Assembly (NCBI RefSeq): GCF_036321535.1
Contig: NC_087453.1
Span: 496,001 to 560,000, forward strand
DNA from: Camelus dromedarius
Taxonomy: Eukaryota
Reading direction: 5' to 3'
DNA length: 64,000 nt
The notes beneath the pieces were generated by a model that was not told the DNA's origin, searched no databases, and worked only from the letters and a program-made list of their open reading frames with translations. Below, one piece after another: positions 12,027 to 24,863 of the stretch (the stretch's first letter is position 1; every line of letters starts with the position of its first letter). Made by a program: the position numbers and the translations under genes.

Positions 12027-15000
12027 ATGGAGTTGCCAGGGTCCGGCACACAGCCCACCAGCCCCAAGGCCACCCAGGAGCCGTCCCTGGCCAGCCCGCG
12101 CGCCCTGGTGGACCTGTGTCTGGCCTGCTCCCGCTGCACCCCACATCTCAGTGAGAGCACCTATCTGCGGAGCAGGGTGGAGCACAGCTGTGCCTGCGAC
12201 ATCCTGCTGGCCCGCCTGAAGAGAGCCGCCGAGAGCAGTGTCTGGCGCAAGGTGGACCGCCCGCCCAGCTTCCCGCAGCCTGCGCGCTGTGAGGTCGGCC
12301 GCTACTACAGCCCGGGGCTTGGCTGCAGGCACCACCACAACCAGTGCACCTTTGCCAGGAGCCCCAAGGGGGCGCTAGTCTGGTCCTTTGAGCTCGAGCA
12401 CAACGTTGGCCACCTGTGGGTGAAGGTGGGGGCGCAGAGCGGCGTGGCCCAGGGGAAGCCGCTGGCCCCAGCCGACGCCGTCCTTGCGGAGTTTGGTGGC
12501 CACTTCCAGACACTCTGCTCTCCCTGCTTCCAGCGCCGCCCCCCGGGCATCTGTCCGGTGGAGCCCCACAGCTGATGCCTCGATCATGGGAACTGCCCCA
12601 CTCTCCTGGCTCGCGTGAGCACAAGGGGCTGTCGAAAGCAAGTCCTGGCGGTGCGGGTAGATGTCTGGGGCCACCAGCCCCTGGCCTACTGCAAATGCGT
12701 GTAGCGAGGGCGTCGGTGCCAGCACGGCGCGTCCTGCCGCCGCTGTGATCACAACACTGTGGAGGTGCCTGTGTGGGAGGCCCAGCTTGGTCAGAAGGGC
12801 CTGCTCACGGCCCTTGCCCTCAGTGGGGATGGGCACACAGCCCTCCACGGCCAGCGCCCCAGAGTCCAGCTGGACTGCCACGCCTGCCTGTCACCTGCCG
12901 CTCCCAGGAGGCCTCCGAGAACCACTGCTCCCCCCCTGGAGCACACACAGATGCTGGAATTGAAACTAGTCGTGCCCTTGAAGCACCGCAGCCTGCCTAC
13001 TGGGCTCGCCCCTCTGGAGCTCTACCCGCGGTAAGGACGGGAAAGCGGGGTTTGCGGATGGGGGATGAACCCCCTTCAGCTGGAACCAGGATTCCCTGTC
13101 TTCTGTGTGGCCTCTGAGGGGTGGGGAAGGGAGGTCCACGGAGGCCACTCCTGCCAGGTGCTGGGTGTGCAGCAGTGGGTGGGATGGGGTTGCTCCCTGC
13201 CTTCTGCCTGGAATCAGCTTTGCTCCCCGACATGGACGGGCCAGTGTTGGGCTGAGGGCCCTCACCCCCGTGTGGCCTGCTGATCACCCCCGCCCCCTCC
13301 AGGCCCAGCCTCTGTGAGTTCGGGGACTTATGAAACAAGGTGCAAAGCAAGAGCTGCAGGAGTGGACCCAGCATTCTGGACCGTGGAGCTGAGGTGGTCG
13401 GCGGCCTGGCAGGATGGGCTGGGGTCTCACTGCAAGAAGCTGCTGGCTGAGTACCAGGACAGTGCCAGTGAGGTATTGGTGGTAAGTGGGGGCCGTGAGA
13501 ATGGGGGCAGGGCTGGGCCAGGGTTGCCCTGCTGACCCCTGGCTTCCTGGGCAGTTGGCTGAGACCCCTGACCATGTATCTGTCGGCTGCAAGCGGCCCC
13601 TGGTGCGGTGGACTTGGGAGAGGCAGGCGGCGCACACCTGGACCTTCACCATCTGTTCTGAGGTGAGGGGCTGCACAGTCAGGGGGCAGCTGGGGTCTGG
13701 GGTCCGGAGCTCTGCCCTGGGCAACCTCTCCTGAGTCTGGGATCTGGAGCAAGCCTGTGTCTCCCGCTGGGGTTGGTGCAGAGAGGGAGCGCTGGGCTGG
13801 TCCCCACTGAGTGCCCCACACTGCCCCCATCACCTGGGCCACAATGGCTATCCAGGCTGGCTCAGTGACCCCATCTTGCAGAGGAAGCCTCGAGGTTCAA
13901 AGAGGCCAAGGGCCCTGCTGGGGTCACAGCCAGGAGGGAAGGCAGGGTCTGTGCTGCAGCCTGGACCTTGATGGGCAGGGTGGATTCCAGAGGCCACCTC
14001 ACCATCCATCTTCTGCCCCAGGAGCCCCTGCGATGTGTAGCCCTGCTCAAGCAAGACTTTGGAGCAGACGTCTCACTGGTGGCCCCCAGCCTCTCAACAG
14101 GCCGGGTCTTTGCCCAGAGCGAGCACTTCTGCACGCCCAGCTGTCTGGCCGTGTTCCGGGTGGGGTGCTCAGGCAGAGCGCTTCCCCAGGCACCTTCGAG
14201 CAATGGGTGGTCTTTGACTTTGGCTGCCGGCTGGTGCTGCTCAGGAAGCTGGAGTTGCAGGTGGGCCAGGAGCACTTCCGGGGCCCTGGGCAACGCCACA
14301 CCTGGCCACCTCCCTGAGGAGCCGGACCGCTGGCACACAGGCAACCGCCACGTGGTGCCTGGCATGGAGAGGATGGCGGTGCCCAGGTGGCCAAGTCCGC
14401 GGGGTCTGCTCCAGCCCTGGAGGCCCCTGACCAGGGCTCCATCTTCCCCACCGACCCCGGCAGAAACTGCACTGGGCTCTGTGTGAGGAGGAGGCTGCTC
14501 AGCGACACCCGGTGGCCAAGTGAGTGGGGCTGGCGGGGGCAGGGGCTGCCGACCCATGTCCTCCCCCGAGGCTAAACTGTCGGGGCCTGGCATCCCTGAG
14601 GACAGCACTGGAGACATCAGTCCTGGACACACTCTTGCCGCCACAGGGACCCCTGTACGCTGAGAGATGCCCGACATGGACGAGGGCTTTCTGCTGAGCC
14701 GCGCAGTCAGCACGGCGCTCGTGGCCCCCGTGCCTGGGCCTGATCCCAGGGTGTGTGGGGTGTGGGTGGAGACGCGGCCCAACTCGGGGCAGGTGCTGTG
14801 GCTGCTGCTGCCTGCCCACTGTTGCGCGGCCCTGGGGCTACAGCCCAAGCCTGGGCACCCCATCTTGGAAGTGCAGTTCCAGAATGACCCGCTGCCCTTC
14901 CACCTCTGGCACCAGGCGGTGGACGCGCTGCCAGAGGAGAGCCTGGTGGTGCCTGACCTGTCAGCCTGCACCCTGCCCTGCCCTGGGCCTGTCTCGCCCA

Positions 15001-18000
15001 CACTGCAGGGCGACCGCAGGCAGAAGCAGGCTGTGGCGGTCATCCTGGGGACCAGCCCTGGGGTGGGGGCAGCCTGTTGCCCCTCTGCTCGTCTGTGGCC
15101 CCTCTGGCACGGGCAAGACCTACACGCTGGCCATGGCCTCCCTGGAGGTCGCCTGCCAGCCCCTCGTAAGGTGCTCCTCTGTACGCGAACCGACAGGTGA
15201 GCTGGGGCTGTTGGGCTGCTCTCCCGCCTCCCCGGCCTCACCTCAGGAGAAGAGGAGGGACCTGGGGGTCTGGGGCTCGGGCTGGTTCCCGGGTTCACTG
15301 GAGATCTCGGTGGCTAGTTCCAGGAGAGGGTGGGGGCTGGGCTGGGTGGCAATGAAGCCCCTGGGGCCAGTCCCAGGCATTTGAGAGTCTACCTGACAGT
15401 CAGTACCGGGCTGAGGACAGGGGACGCCTGTGCTTCAGGCCCGGTGCATGGTCTCCTGCCCACAGAGGAACATGGGCCAGGCAGAGTGGTGGGTAGGGTT
15501 GTGGCTTGACCCACCCAGCATTTCCTGGGGCGAGACTTGGGTGTTCTGAAAATCCTGTCATAGTTCCCCCCAGATGGACAGCTGCTCAAGCACGGGGCTC
15601 CCCATCTCTGCCCAGGGCTGACTGGCTACGGGACTGGGGCTCCAGGGGCCCGTGTCAGGCAGAGGCCCTGGCTGGTGGTCCCCTTCGGAGAGGTGGGGCC
15701 AGGTCTTGCTGCTCCCTGGCTGCTCGGGGTCAACCCCAGTCTCGGGCCGCGCTGGTGGCCCGGCCCACGCTGCGCCCTCCCCAGGGCTCTGCTGCTGTCT
15801 GGTTCTCATCGGGCACTGACCTCCTGCTTCTCTGTCTGTCCCCTGTGCTGCCGGGTTGGACTGCCTGTTGTCTGGGCAGGGGGGACGCACGGGAGGCACT
15901 TTAGCAGACAGGCGCTGTGCCCTTCTCCCCCACAGGGCGGCCGACACCTACGCTGCGGAGTATTTCCACCCCTACGTCAGCAGCGGTCACCCTGAGGCCG
16001 CTCCCCTCTGGGTGGTGCACACGGACTGCCCACCCAGCCTGACGGACGCGGCCACGCTGAGGTACTGCTGCCTGACCGAGGACCACCAGGCCTTTCGCCT
16101 GCCGACCTGGGCCAAGCTGGAGCGGCACCACATTGTGTTGGCCAGCACCTCCTGGACACGCCAGCTCGGGGTGCCCATTGGCTTCTTTTCCCACATCCTC
16201 ATTGACCAGGCCTCCCAGATGCTGGAGTGGGAGACGCTCACGCCCCTGCGTTACGCCGCGCCCGGCACCCGAGTGGTGCTGGCGGGCAGCCACGTGCAGG
16301 GCACGCCCGGCTCTTCAGTGTGGCCGGGCGCCGGGGCAGACGTGCTGCGGCACCGCCTCCTCGAGCACCACCGGCAGCAAACGCTCCAGGTCGCCCAGAG
16401 GAGCTGCACTATTTTGTACAAGAACTACCGCTCCACCCAGACCGTTGTCCGCTTTGTCTCCGACCACGTCTCCCTAGCCAGCGGCCACTCCATCCAGGCC
16501 AGCGGCAAGATCCCTGGCCACCCCGGTGGTACCCGCTCCAGTTCTGCCGCGTGGCGGGCAGCCCCAGTGCGACGTCTCCACGACGTCTTGGCTGAATGCA
16601 GCCGAGGTTCTTCAGGTTGTCGAGAAGGTACAGGAGGTCTGTAACTCCTGGCCCCAGTGCTGGGGCCACCGGGAGCAGAGGAGCACCGCGTTGTGTCCCA
16701 CAGGGCCCAGGTGAGACCCTGCCGCCCAGGGCAGCTTCCCCCAAGCCCCGTCTCCCGGGGAAGCCTCCCTCCCCCGTGGCCTGGTAGGCCTCCTCAGCCT
16801 GCTTTCCTTCCATACGAGAGGCTGAGATATTCAGATACTCACCTCCCAGGGCCTGGGAACCAGGGTCCCGTCCTTGGCAGGGGACGCTATGCCTCACTGG
16901 GGCCCCTCACCTGACCTGGTGGTGTGTCTCCAGTGAGCGCGATGAGGCAGGAGCTGAGGAAGCGGGACCTGGGCCAGGTGTCTGTGGGCAGCTTTGAGAA
17001 TCTGCCAGGTGGGTGATCGGTGCTGGGGGAAGGGGGGCCCCTCCCCTCCCCCTCCCCTCCCCCCTCCCTTCCCCTCCCACTTCTGGCCCAGCCTGACCCT
17101 GTAACTGCCCCCCTTGCAGGTGAGACTTCCGGGTGGTGGTGCTGGGCACACTGCACACCACCCACAGCCTGATGAGCCGGAGGCACCGGCCCCAGGGTGC
17201 TTCACGGACGCCTGCGTGCTCAGCACCGTCATGACCCATACACAGGCCCAGGTGGTGGCCGTGGGCGATGCTGTGGCCCTCTGCTCCCTGGAGGCTTGCA
17301 GCAAGCTCTGGGGGAGCTTCCTCCGTGAGTGTGTGGAGCACGGCGCCGTCTGCCCCGAGGGCCTGTCTCTGGAGCAGATCCAGAAGCAGAGCTGGGCCAG
17401 CTGCTGGCAGCCTGCGGCCCAAGAAACAGAAAGGTTTGTGGCAGCAGATGCCAGGGACACTGTTCCAGAGGAGGGGGTAGTGGGGGGTGGGCCACAGCAC
17501 ATGTGGCAGGGGCATGGTCTCCAGAGGCGCTGTGGCAGGACCGTCAGCCCCAGAGATCAGGGAGCCCGAGGGCCCTGTGGGCTTCTGGCCTTTTGACAGG
17601 GAGCTCAGCAGCAACGAGCCCCGCCCGCAGCAGCTCCTGGACCACAGCCGGGACGTGACAGTGACCGTCCAGGAGGATGGGCTGCTGGACAGCTTCGCCC
17701 GGCCCTTGTCTCCCCCGCCGGCGTGGCAGTATGTGAACCTGCCGGAAGCCAAACAGCAGAAACTTCTCCACAAGTGGCCCCAGCAGCACTGCTGCCACGC
17801 CTTCCTGAGGGAGAGCCTCCGGGAGGTGAGAGCGTCCCGCTGGACGACGGGAAGTTTGGGCCCATCCAGCTCAAGGGCCGCCTGCACTGCGGGATGGCCT
17901 TCCCTGGGGACGAGGCGCTGGTGCAGGTGCTCGGCTGGGCCAGGTGGCCCCAGGGCCGCGTGCTGAGCATTCACCAGAGGGAGCATCGCCAGCTGGCGTT

Positions 18001-21000
18001 CGTGTGCCATGTGGACGAGTGGGAACCCTGCGTCATGACCCCCATCGATGGCTCTGCCACCAAGGTCCTCGTGGCTGGGCTGCAGGACCCGCTGCAGGTG
18101 CCTGTCCACCGCCTTCTGCAGGGCTGCGTGCAGCGTGTGGGGCACGAGCCACTCTCGGTGGAGGCCTGGCACCACCGCCTCTTCTGGGTGTGTGTCCTTC
18201 TGTGGCGGGAGCGCTTCTACTACCCACTGGGCGTCCAGAAGGTGCTGCCCGAGGCCACCACCTGGGAGCAGTCTCCAGATCTTGGACCTGGCCTGCAGGC
18301 TGAAGGAGCCTCCCCACACCCGGCCTCGGTCCGCGAGGCGCTGCACAGGCACCACGCTGAGCTCAGCCGGGCGCCCAGCTGCCTGGAGGGCTGCCGCAGC
18401 TTCCTGGCCTTCGCCACGGACACCCGCTCACCTGCAACCTGGACGGCGCCATCAGCGCCAGGACCGGGGCCCCACGTATGAGGTGGCCACGCACATCGCT
18501 GACGTGGCCAGCTGCATGCCCAGGGACGGGGGCTCTGGGCCTGGAGGCCTGCAGGCGGCGGGGGCCACCATCTACGCCCCTGACCAGGAGCAGTGTCCAT
18601 GCTGCCAGCCAGCCTCCTGCCAGGCCAGGACCACTTAGCCGTCTCCCTCTTCTTGACGACCGAGAAGGGCAGCAACCAGCTCAAGAGTGAGTGCTTTGCA
18701 CCCGCTGTGATCTGCTCTGACCACCAGCTGACCTGTACAGAGGTGGAGCAGGTGATCAGGGGGCACCGGGGCGCCGGCCTCAAGCTCAGCCTGCCTGGAC
18801 TCTGTGGACGCCTGTGTGGCAGCCGCGTGCTACTTCTCCCACATGCTGTGCCAGCGCCGCCTCAGGGGCGACAGTCATTACAAGCAGCTGGACGGGGACA
18901 GCGTGCTGGGCTTCCGCGTGGCCCACATGATGGTTGAGGAGTACATGGTCCAGTTCAACAGCCAGGTGGCCAAATTCCTGGTGGACAGTGAGGGTACAAA
19001 GGGGGTCACACCCTTGCGGGTGCAGTGTGAGCCCAGCTTCGGCTGGCTCAGAGCCCTGAGCCAGGACCACGAGGACTGGGTGCCGTTGTCCCTGCACCTC
19101 TGCCACCACCGGCTGGGCAGCTTCAGCTCCTACATCTCCCCAGACCTGCAGTTCCACGTCCTGGTCTCCGTCTAGAGGTAACTCCAGCTTGCAGCCCACG
19201 CCCAGGGCTTCATCTAACTGGCGATCTCATCTCCACGGACGACGTGCACCCCTCCCTGGCCCCTGCCCTCCTTGACTTGAGCAGGGCCCAAGGCCACACA
19301 GTCTTCGGCCGCCAGGGCATGGAGCTGGATGGCCACTACTCGCTGCAGGTGGACAGGTACACCTGGGCCACCTCACCCATTTGCAGGTACATGGATGTGG
19401 TGCTGCAGCGGCAGATCCTGCTGGCACTGGGCCAAGTAGGGTCCCCCTACGTGCCCGGGGACATTGACGAGCTCTGCCAGGACTTCAGTTGCCAGTACAG
19501 GTGTGCCCAGAGCTTCCAGCGCTGGGCTTGTGGCCTGAACCTGGCCGCCTGGCTCAAGACCCAACCGCAAAGCAAGCTGGGCTTTGTGGTGGCCGCGGAG
19601 GACACCTGCTTCAAGCTGTTCTTCCCAGCCAGCCACAAGACCCTTCTGGACCTCGACCCTGTGCACTGCAGCTCCCTGCAGCCACCCAAGCACCCCTGTG
19701 GCCGGCCAGGTGGCTGCGGCTGCAGCTCCTATGGCGGCGCCGCCCTTACTCCACGCAGGTGGGTGGGCAGTGCCCCCCACTGCCCAGCACCCCGCTTGAC
19801 CCATGTGTCCAGCCTGTGGACTCCACCCTGTGGCAGCAGCTGCTGAGGCTGATGAAGAAGCCGAGGGCGGGCAGCGGGGCGAGCCCAGCTTCGAGCCCCA
19901 GCAGCGGGAGCCGGGACAGGCGAGGTGGAGCACCTGCGGCCCCTTCGTGGAGGCAGCCTGGGAGCTGGGCAGTGGTGATACACTGCACGTACAGCTCCAG
20001 CTCAGTGCCGCCCTGTAGCGTGGGCTCCTGGAGCCGGTCCTGCAGCTGTGGACTGTGGCGCCTGGCCTCAGCCTTTGCCTGGAGCACGTGGAGCAGCCAG
20101 GGGACGGCTTCTCACCCTGTGTGCCCCTGGTGGGTCGGGACTGGCACCAGGACGTGGAAGACGAAGCCCACGTGTGGGAGCCCTTCTGCTGCCTGGAGTC
20201 GGCCACCCGCGCTGCGGCCGAGAACGATCCTGTGACTTTGCAGGATGTGGCCATACCCTGCGGGGTGGAGCGGACGCCCCAGGGGCAGCTGCAGGGCACC
20301 TTCTGCCTGGAGCCCGCCTTCCTCCAGGAGCGAGGCATCGACATCAGCTTTGGCCACTGCTACCCGTGCATCCAACTCGAAGGGCTGCTGGCCACGCCAC
20401 GCCCCCGGCCAGCTGCGTCATCCCTGTCCGAAACATTGACCCTGACACACATACCTGGGTGACACCCGGGCTGGCGGAGGACTGAAGCCCAAAGGAGGGC
20501 TGGGCCAGCTAAGTAGGTGCCCTTCTTCCTTCAGCACGTGGCCATGGGTGTGGTTCCGGAAGAGGGGCTAAGGCCTGGGGCCGCTTCACCGCCGACGAGC
20601 TGCCCAGGCAGCTCCGGGGCCTGTGAGTGGCTTCCGGGGAGAGGCTGGCGGGTGGGCTGGTTGGGCTGGGAACCCCTGTCTCCTGGGGTGGTGGCCCGTG
20701 GGCCGTGCTCCTTGCCCGGGAAGATCCTGCTGGTGTCCGGTATCCATCTTCACCCCCACCTGCCCCAGCTGCCAAGACGAAGCTGTGTGTCGGCTCAAGG
20801 GTGCATCCCCGTGGGTCATCAGCATAGCCCAGGGCCAGCCCACCCCCCAACCCAGCCAGCAGCCCCTCCACAGAGGTGGGTGGATGGGGACCCCTTGGCT
20901 TCACCTCTCCAGCCCTGCCCCGGCCAGTGCTCAGAGGTCTGCCTCCTTCCTCAGGGACCCCCAGCAGTTTCCTGGAGTGACCAGCCTTCGACATTCCTGG

Positions 21001-23365
21001 AGGCCATCACAAGATGAACCCAAGCCAGAATGAGGCCGTTAGGGAGGCTCTGAAGAAGCAGTTCACGGTCATCTGGGGCCCACCAGGGGGACCCACCTTG
21101 GAGCTGCGGGACTGCCCGAGCAGGCAGGTGGGGGCTCTGCTCACCCCATGCTCTGCCCACAGGCTCTGGGAAGGCGGTGCTGGGTGTCCACACTGCCTAC
21201 TGGCTTTGCACGTCAAACGAGGAGCAGGTGCCAGCCTGTGGCTCCCACAGTGGCCAGCTGGGGGGGGGCCATCTTGTGCTGCAGCCCCTCCAACCAGTCG
21301 GTGGCGTGCTGGCAGGCGCACCGGGGCAGCTGGAGGGGCTCTGCCAGGGGGAGTTGGGTCCGGGAGCCATCACTCACACCCTGGCTTCCTCAGGACTTCT
21401 CCTGAGCAGGAGGGCAAAGCTGAAGCCCCTTCGTGTGCACAGGGAGCAGGAGGAGGCCACTGAGTGCCCAGTGCCGGGTGTGGGCAGCAGGGGCCCCCTA
21501 AGAAGACCCCTCAGGAGGGGAGGCCCAGCCAGACCCTCAGGTGCGGCCTCTCCACTGTTGTTCTATACAGGGTGGAGGCGAGGGGCGGGGGCTGTCCAGC
21601 TGGCCCTGCCTCGGGCAGGGGCCAACACGGCTTCACACAGGTCTTCTCACTGCCACCCACCCCCAGGAGCATCGCCCTGCACCACCGGGTCAGTCAGTCT
21701 TCCAACGCCCATGCGGCTGACGTCAGGGCCTCGGTGCCCGGCTGCAGGAAGGGGAGATCTTCTCCAAGGAGATCTTCAGCTGGTAAGCAGCTGAAGCCAT
21801 GGGGCTGCCTCCTGGCCTAGAGCGCAGGGATGCAGCCTGGGTGACCATATGGTGTCCCCACAGGTACAGGAAAGTCCTAGGGCAGGCTTGGAAATTCGAG
21901 CTTGACCGGCACCGCACTGTCCTGTTCACGTGCTGGCATGCGGGCTCCTCCAGCCTTGAGGACCTGGACATCCGTCAGATCCTTGCGGATGAGGCGGGTG
22001 TGGCCTCGGAGCCAGAGACCCTCATTCCCCTGGTGAACTTCTCCCAGGCTGAGAAGGTGGGTAAAGCAGGAGCTGAGAGCCCAGGCGTGTGTCCCTGGGG
22101 GTGCAGAGGTGCAGGGAATACGAGGGCAGCTCCAGGGTGGGGCGCTGCTGACCGAGGGGTCAGGACATGCCTGCCTGTCCTCCCAGGTGGTCCTTCTCGG
22201 GGACCACAAGCAGCTGCGGCCTGTGGTCAGGAGTGAGCTGCTGCAGAAGCTGGGGCTGGACCGGTCTCTGTGGCAGAGGTACTTCAGGGGTGCCTGCCTG
22301 TGGGATGTGCAGTACCACATGCTGAGTGCCCAGAGCTCTTGGGCCCAAGGTGGGCGAGGGCCAGTCTGGCCCTGACTCCTGTCCTCGCCTTCCAGCATGA
22401 GCGCAGCTGTGCGTTCCCCTCAGGGGAGTTCTACGAAAGGGAACTGAAGATCTGGCAGGGCCTGGGCAGGCCGCCCAGCGTCCTGGGCCACGCTGACGAG
22501 AAGGGCTGCTCGGTCATCTTTGGCCACTTGCAGAGCAAAGAGAAGAGCCGGCTGCTGTCTACGGACGAAGAGGGTGAGGATTCCAAGGCGAAGGATGAGG
22601 AGATGGCAGTGGTGGCGGCCCTCCCCCGGGCCCTCCCTGGTACCCCTTGCTTGGGAGGGCTCCCTGGGGGAGGAGGCAGAGGAGCTGAGGGAGCCCAGGG
22701 TGGGACAGACATCAGGGCTGGCTTCACCGGCACCCCTGGTCCCTCAGGTCTGCATCGCCAGAGAGCTGCCCCTGAGGGGGACAGTGGGCCCCAAGGACAT
22801 TGCCATCCTCACGCCCTACAACGCCCAGGTGGCGGAGATCAGCAAGAGACTTGAGCATCAGGAAGATGTTCCACGAGTGACTGTGTGTTCCATCACCAAG
22901 ATTCAGGGTGGGGCTGGCACCGGGTGGGAGGCCTGTGCGCGAGGGGTCAGGTGAGTGGGTGGCAGGGGCTTCACCAGACTCGCCTCGCCTCCCAGGGAGC
23001 CAGTGGCACTATGTTATAGTGAGCATGGTCCGCACCTGTGACAAGAGTGACATAGACCCGTGACCGACCAAGAACTGGCTGAAAAACTCCCTGGGCGTCA
23101 TTGCGGACCCCAGCCAAGTGACCGTGGCCCTCGCCCAGGCCCAAGAGGGGCTCTGTGTCATCGGTGAGAGCTGCTCAGGGACGGAGGGCTGGGGCCGCTC
23201 CTCCTGCTGGCAGGGCTACCTCTGACTCCTGCTTCCCCTCACAGGAGACCACCACCTTCTGCGCTGCTGCCCGGTCTGGTCCTGACTCCTGGACCTCTGT
23301 GAGGCCCAGCAGAGCCTGGCCCCGCCTCAGAGGTGAAAGTCTATGGGAAGTCACACTCTCCCTGA
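12027..23365 (+). pseudogene. HELZ2: HELZ2 (helicase with zinc finger 2 / PRIC285) pseudogene with its introns retained (not processed)
   Basis: Collinear peptides match HELZ2: ALVDLCLACSRC, FEQWVVFDFG, RWHTGNRHVVPG, GPSGTGKTYTLAMASLEV, FFSHILID, YTWATSPICRYMDVVLQRQILLAL, LNPSQNEAVREAL, ILADEAGVASEPETLIPLV, VVLLGDHKQLRPVV, DIAILTPYNAQ. Approximate ancestral exons: 12027-13030, 13303-13481, 13555-13662, 14022-14519, 14571-15196, 15936-16710, 16934-17008, 17120-21086, 21163-21315, 21394-21540, 21667-21782, 21864-22056, 22187-22321, 22396-22614, 22748-22907, 22996-23163, 23245-23365. In-frame stops at 12573, 12702, 13331, 19173, 19179, 19215, 20483, 23061 and 23283, plus many frameshifts and lost donors. 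Confidence 0.93.
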
Positions 23366-24863
23366 AGACCTCACTGCCCTCAGGCTGCCAGGACAGCACG
23401 GGAGAGTTCAGAGCCCTCTTCTGCCACCGCCTTGGCGGGCCCCTCTCAGCAGGACCCACAGGCCTTCAGTGGTCACTGCCAGACTGAGCAGGGGTCGCGG
23501 GGGGCCAGCCGTGGCCGTGCACAGTTACCACCCGGGCTGGGAGCAGGCCAGCCTCGCCTTGTGTGCAGACTTGGGAGGAAAGGGGACGAGTCTGCGCTCC
23601 ACCCTCCGGAGCTGCTGCACTGGGGCACTTGGTGGCAGGGAGCATCTCGGGTTGGGGTAGTCCTAGTGTCACTGGGAATGTTTGGGGTCAGGACGGGAAC
23701 CCCGTCGGGGCTGTTCTTGGACTGTCTCTGACTACACTGAGTGTGGTCTGTGGGGCTCAATTTATTCTCTAGTTTCAGATAAACCAAAAGCTAGCGTCTC
23801 TTACTGGAGCAGGGTCCTCAGCCCAAACTCAAGGCAGGGAGGCTTCCCCGGAGGGAAGACAGGGCCTTTTCTCTGCCATCAGTGCCCCGTCTAACTCAGA
23901 CCCACACCCCTGTGTCCTTCAGGGACTGGCCCCTGGCAGGGGAACCAGGTGACGAGCCCCTTGTGGACGTGGGGCTCCACTCTGAGCTCTGCAGCCCCCT
24001 CGCAGCTTCAGGCCTGCTCCCAGGGCAGGGCCACCCAGCTGGGTCTGCGTTTCTTTGCAGCACTGAGGACCTGGATCTGCCCCTCAGGCTGTGTCTGTGT
24101 CCTGCCGTGTGATGCCGCAGAGTGTGACAGTATGGCTTAGCCCCTGGCCAGCACGCAGCACCATGAATGTGTCAGAGGCTTAAGAGACCTGGGAGGGGCC
24201 CCAGGCTAAGACCGCTCCAACCCTGCAGTGCACTGTCCACAGCCGGGGAGGGGGGTGCTGGGCCTTCCTGGCACAGCTGGGGGCCCCTCAACCAGCCACG
24301 TGTCAGTGTGGGGGGGGGCTGTCCTTCTGGCCACACCGCCCTGGCCACACCTTCTCTTCTGAGGTCTGTCGTGGTGACCACCATGGTGTCTGTGGTGAGG
24401 GGCGGAAAGCTAGTTATCAGTGTACTGGGGGTGGCTCTGGGCCTCTTCCCACTGACAGTACTCCTCGGCCATAGCCGGGGCACACGGCACAGCCAGGGCT
24501 GTCCCTCCTGGACCCGTGGACGCAACGGCCACATTGCCTTCCAGAAGTGGACGTGTGTGTGGGGAGGGAGCGAGCTGCTGGCCGATCTGGGGGGTGACAC
24601 GACCACAGAGGATGAGGACAGACTCCCCAGGTCACCACACGGGCTGGACGCCGGAAGTTGGTGGGGAGCGCTGACAGACTGCAGGGAGGACCACCCAAAC
24701 AAGAGCTGGCCAGGCTCCCTTACTGGGACCTCAGCCACCCCGGGTGGGCGTCACCCTGGGTGGGGCTGCAGTGAACTTCAGCTTCTTTTGGGGAGAAGAT
24801 AAGACTTTAATTTTTGTTAAAAGAAATGTCCTCTTGGCCATGGGCCCCCTGTCTTCGGTGAAG

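Noticed and set aside
12886-15170. Apparently compensating frameshift pairs in HELZ2 (about 12890/12930 and about 15070/15165)
   Set aside because: With so many indels, returning to frame is expected by chance, and the first pair lies downstream of premature stops.
13862-18355. Long minus-strand ORFs (13862-15298, 478 aa; 16907-18355, 482 aa)
   Set aside because: They are antisense shadows of GC-rich HELZ2 exons. The translations are low-complexity with no recognisable domain, and their starts are mostly non-ATG.
12573-23285. Selenocysteine, stop read-through or programmed frameshifting as a rescue of HELZ2
   Set aside because: The stops include TAG and TAA as well as TGA, and there are many independent frameshifts plus lost splice donors.
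12027-23365. Sequencing error as the explanation for the HELZ2 lesions
   Set aside because: Neighbouring genes are clean. Many lesions are substitutions to stops or at splice sites rather than homopolymer slips, and amino-acid divergence is high throughout. Raw reads would still be the decisive test.
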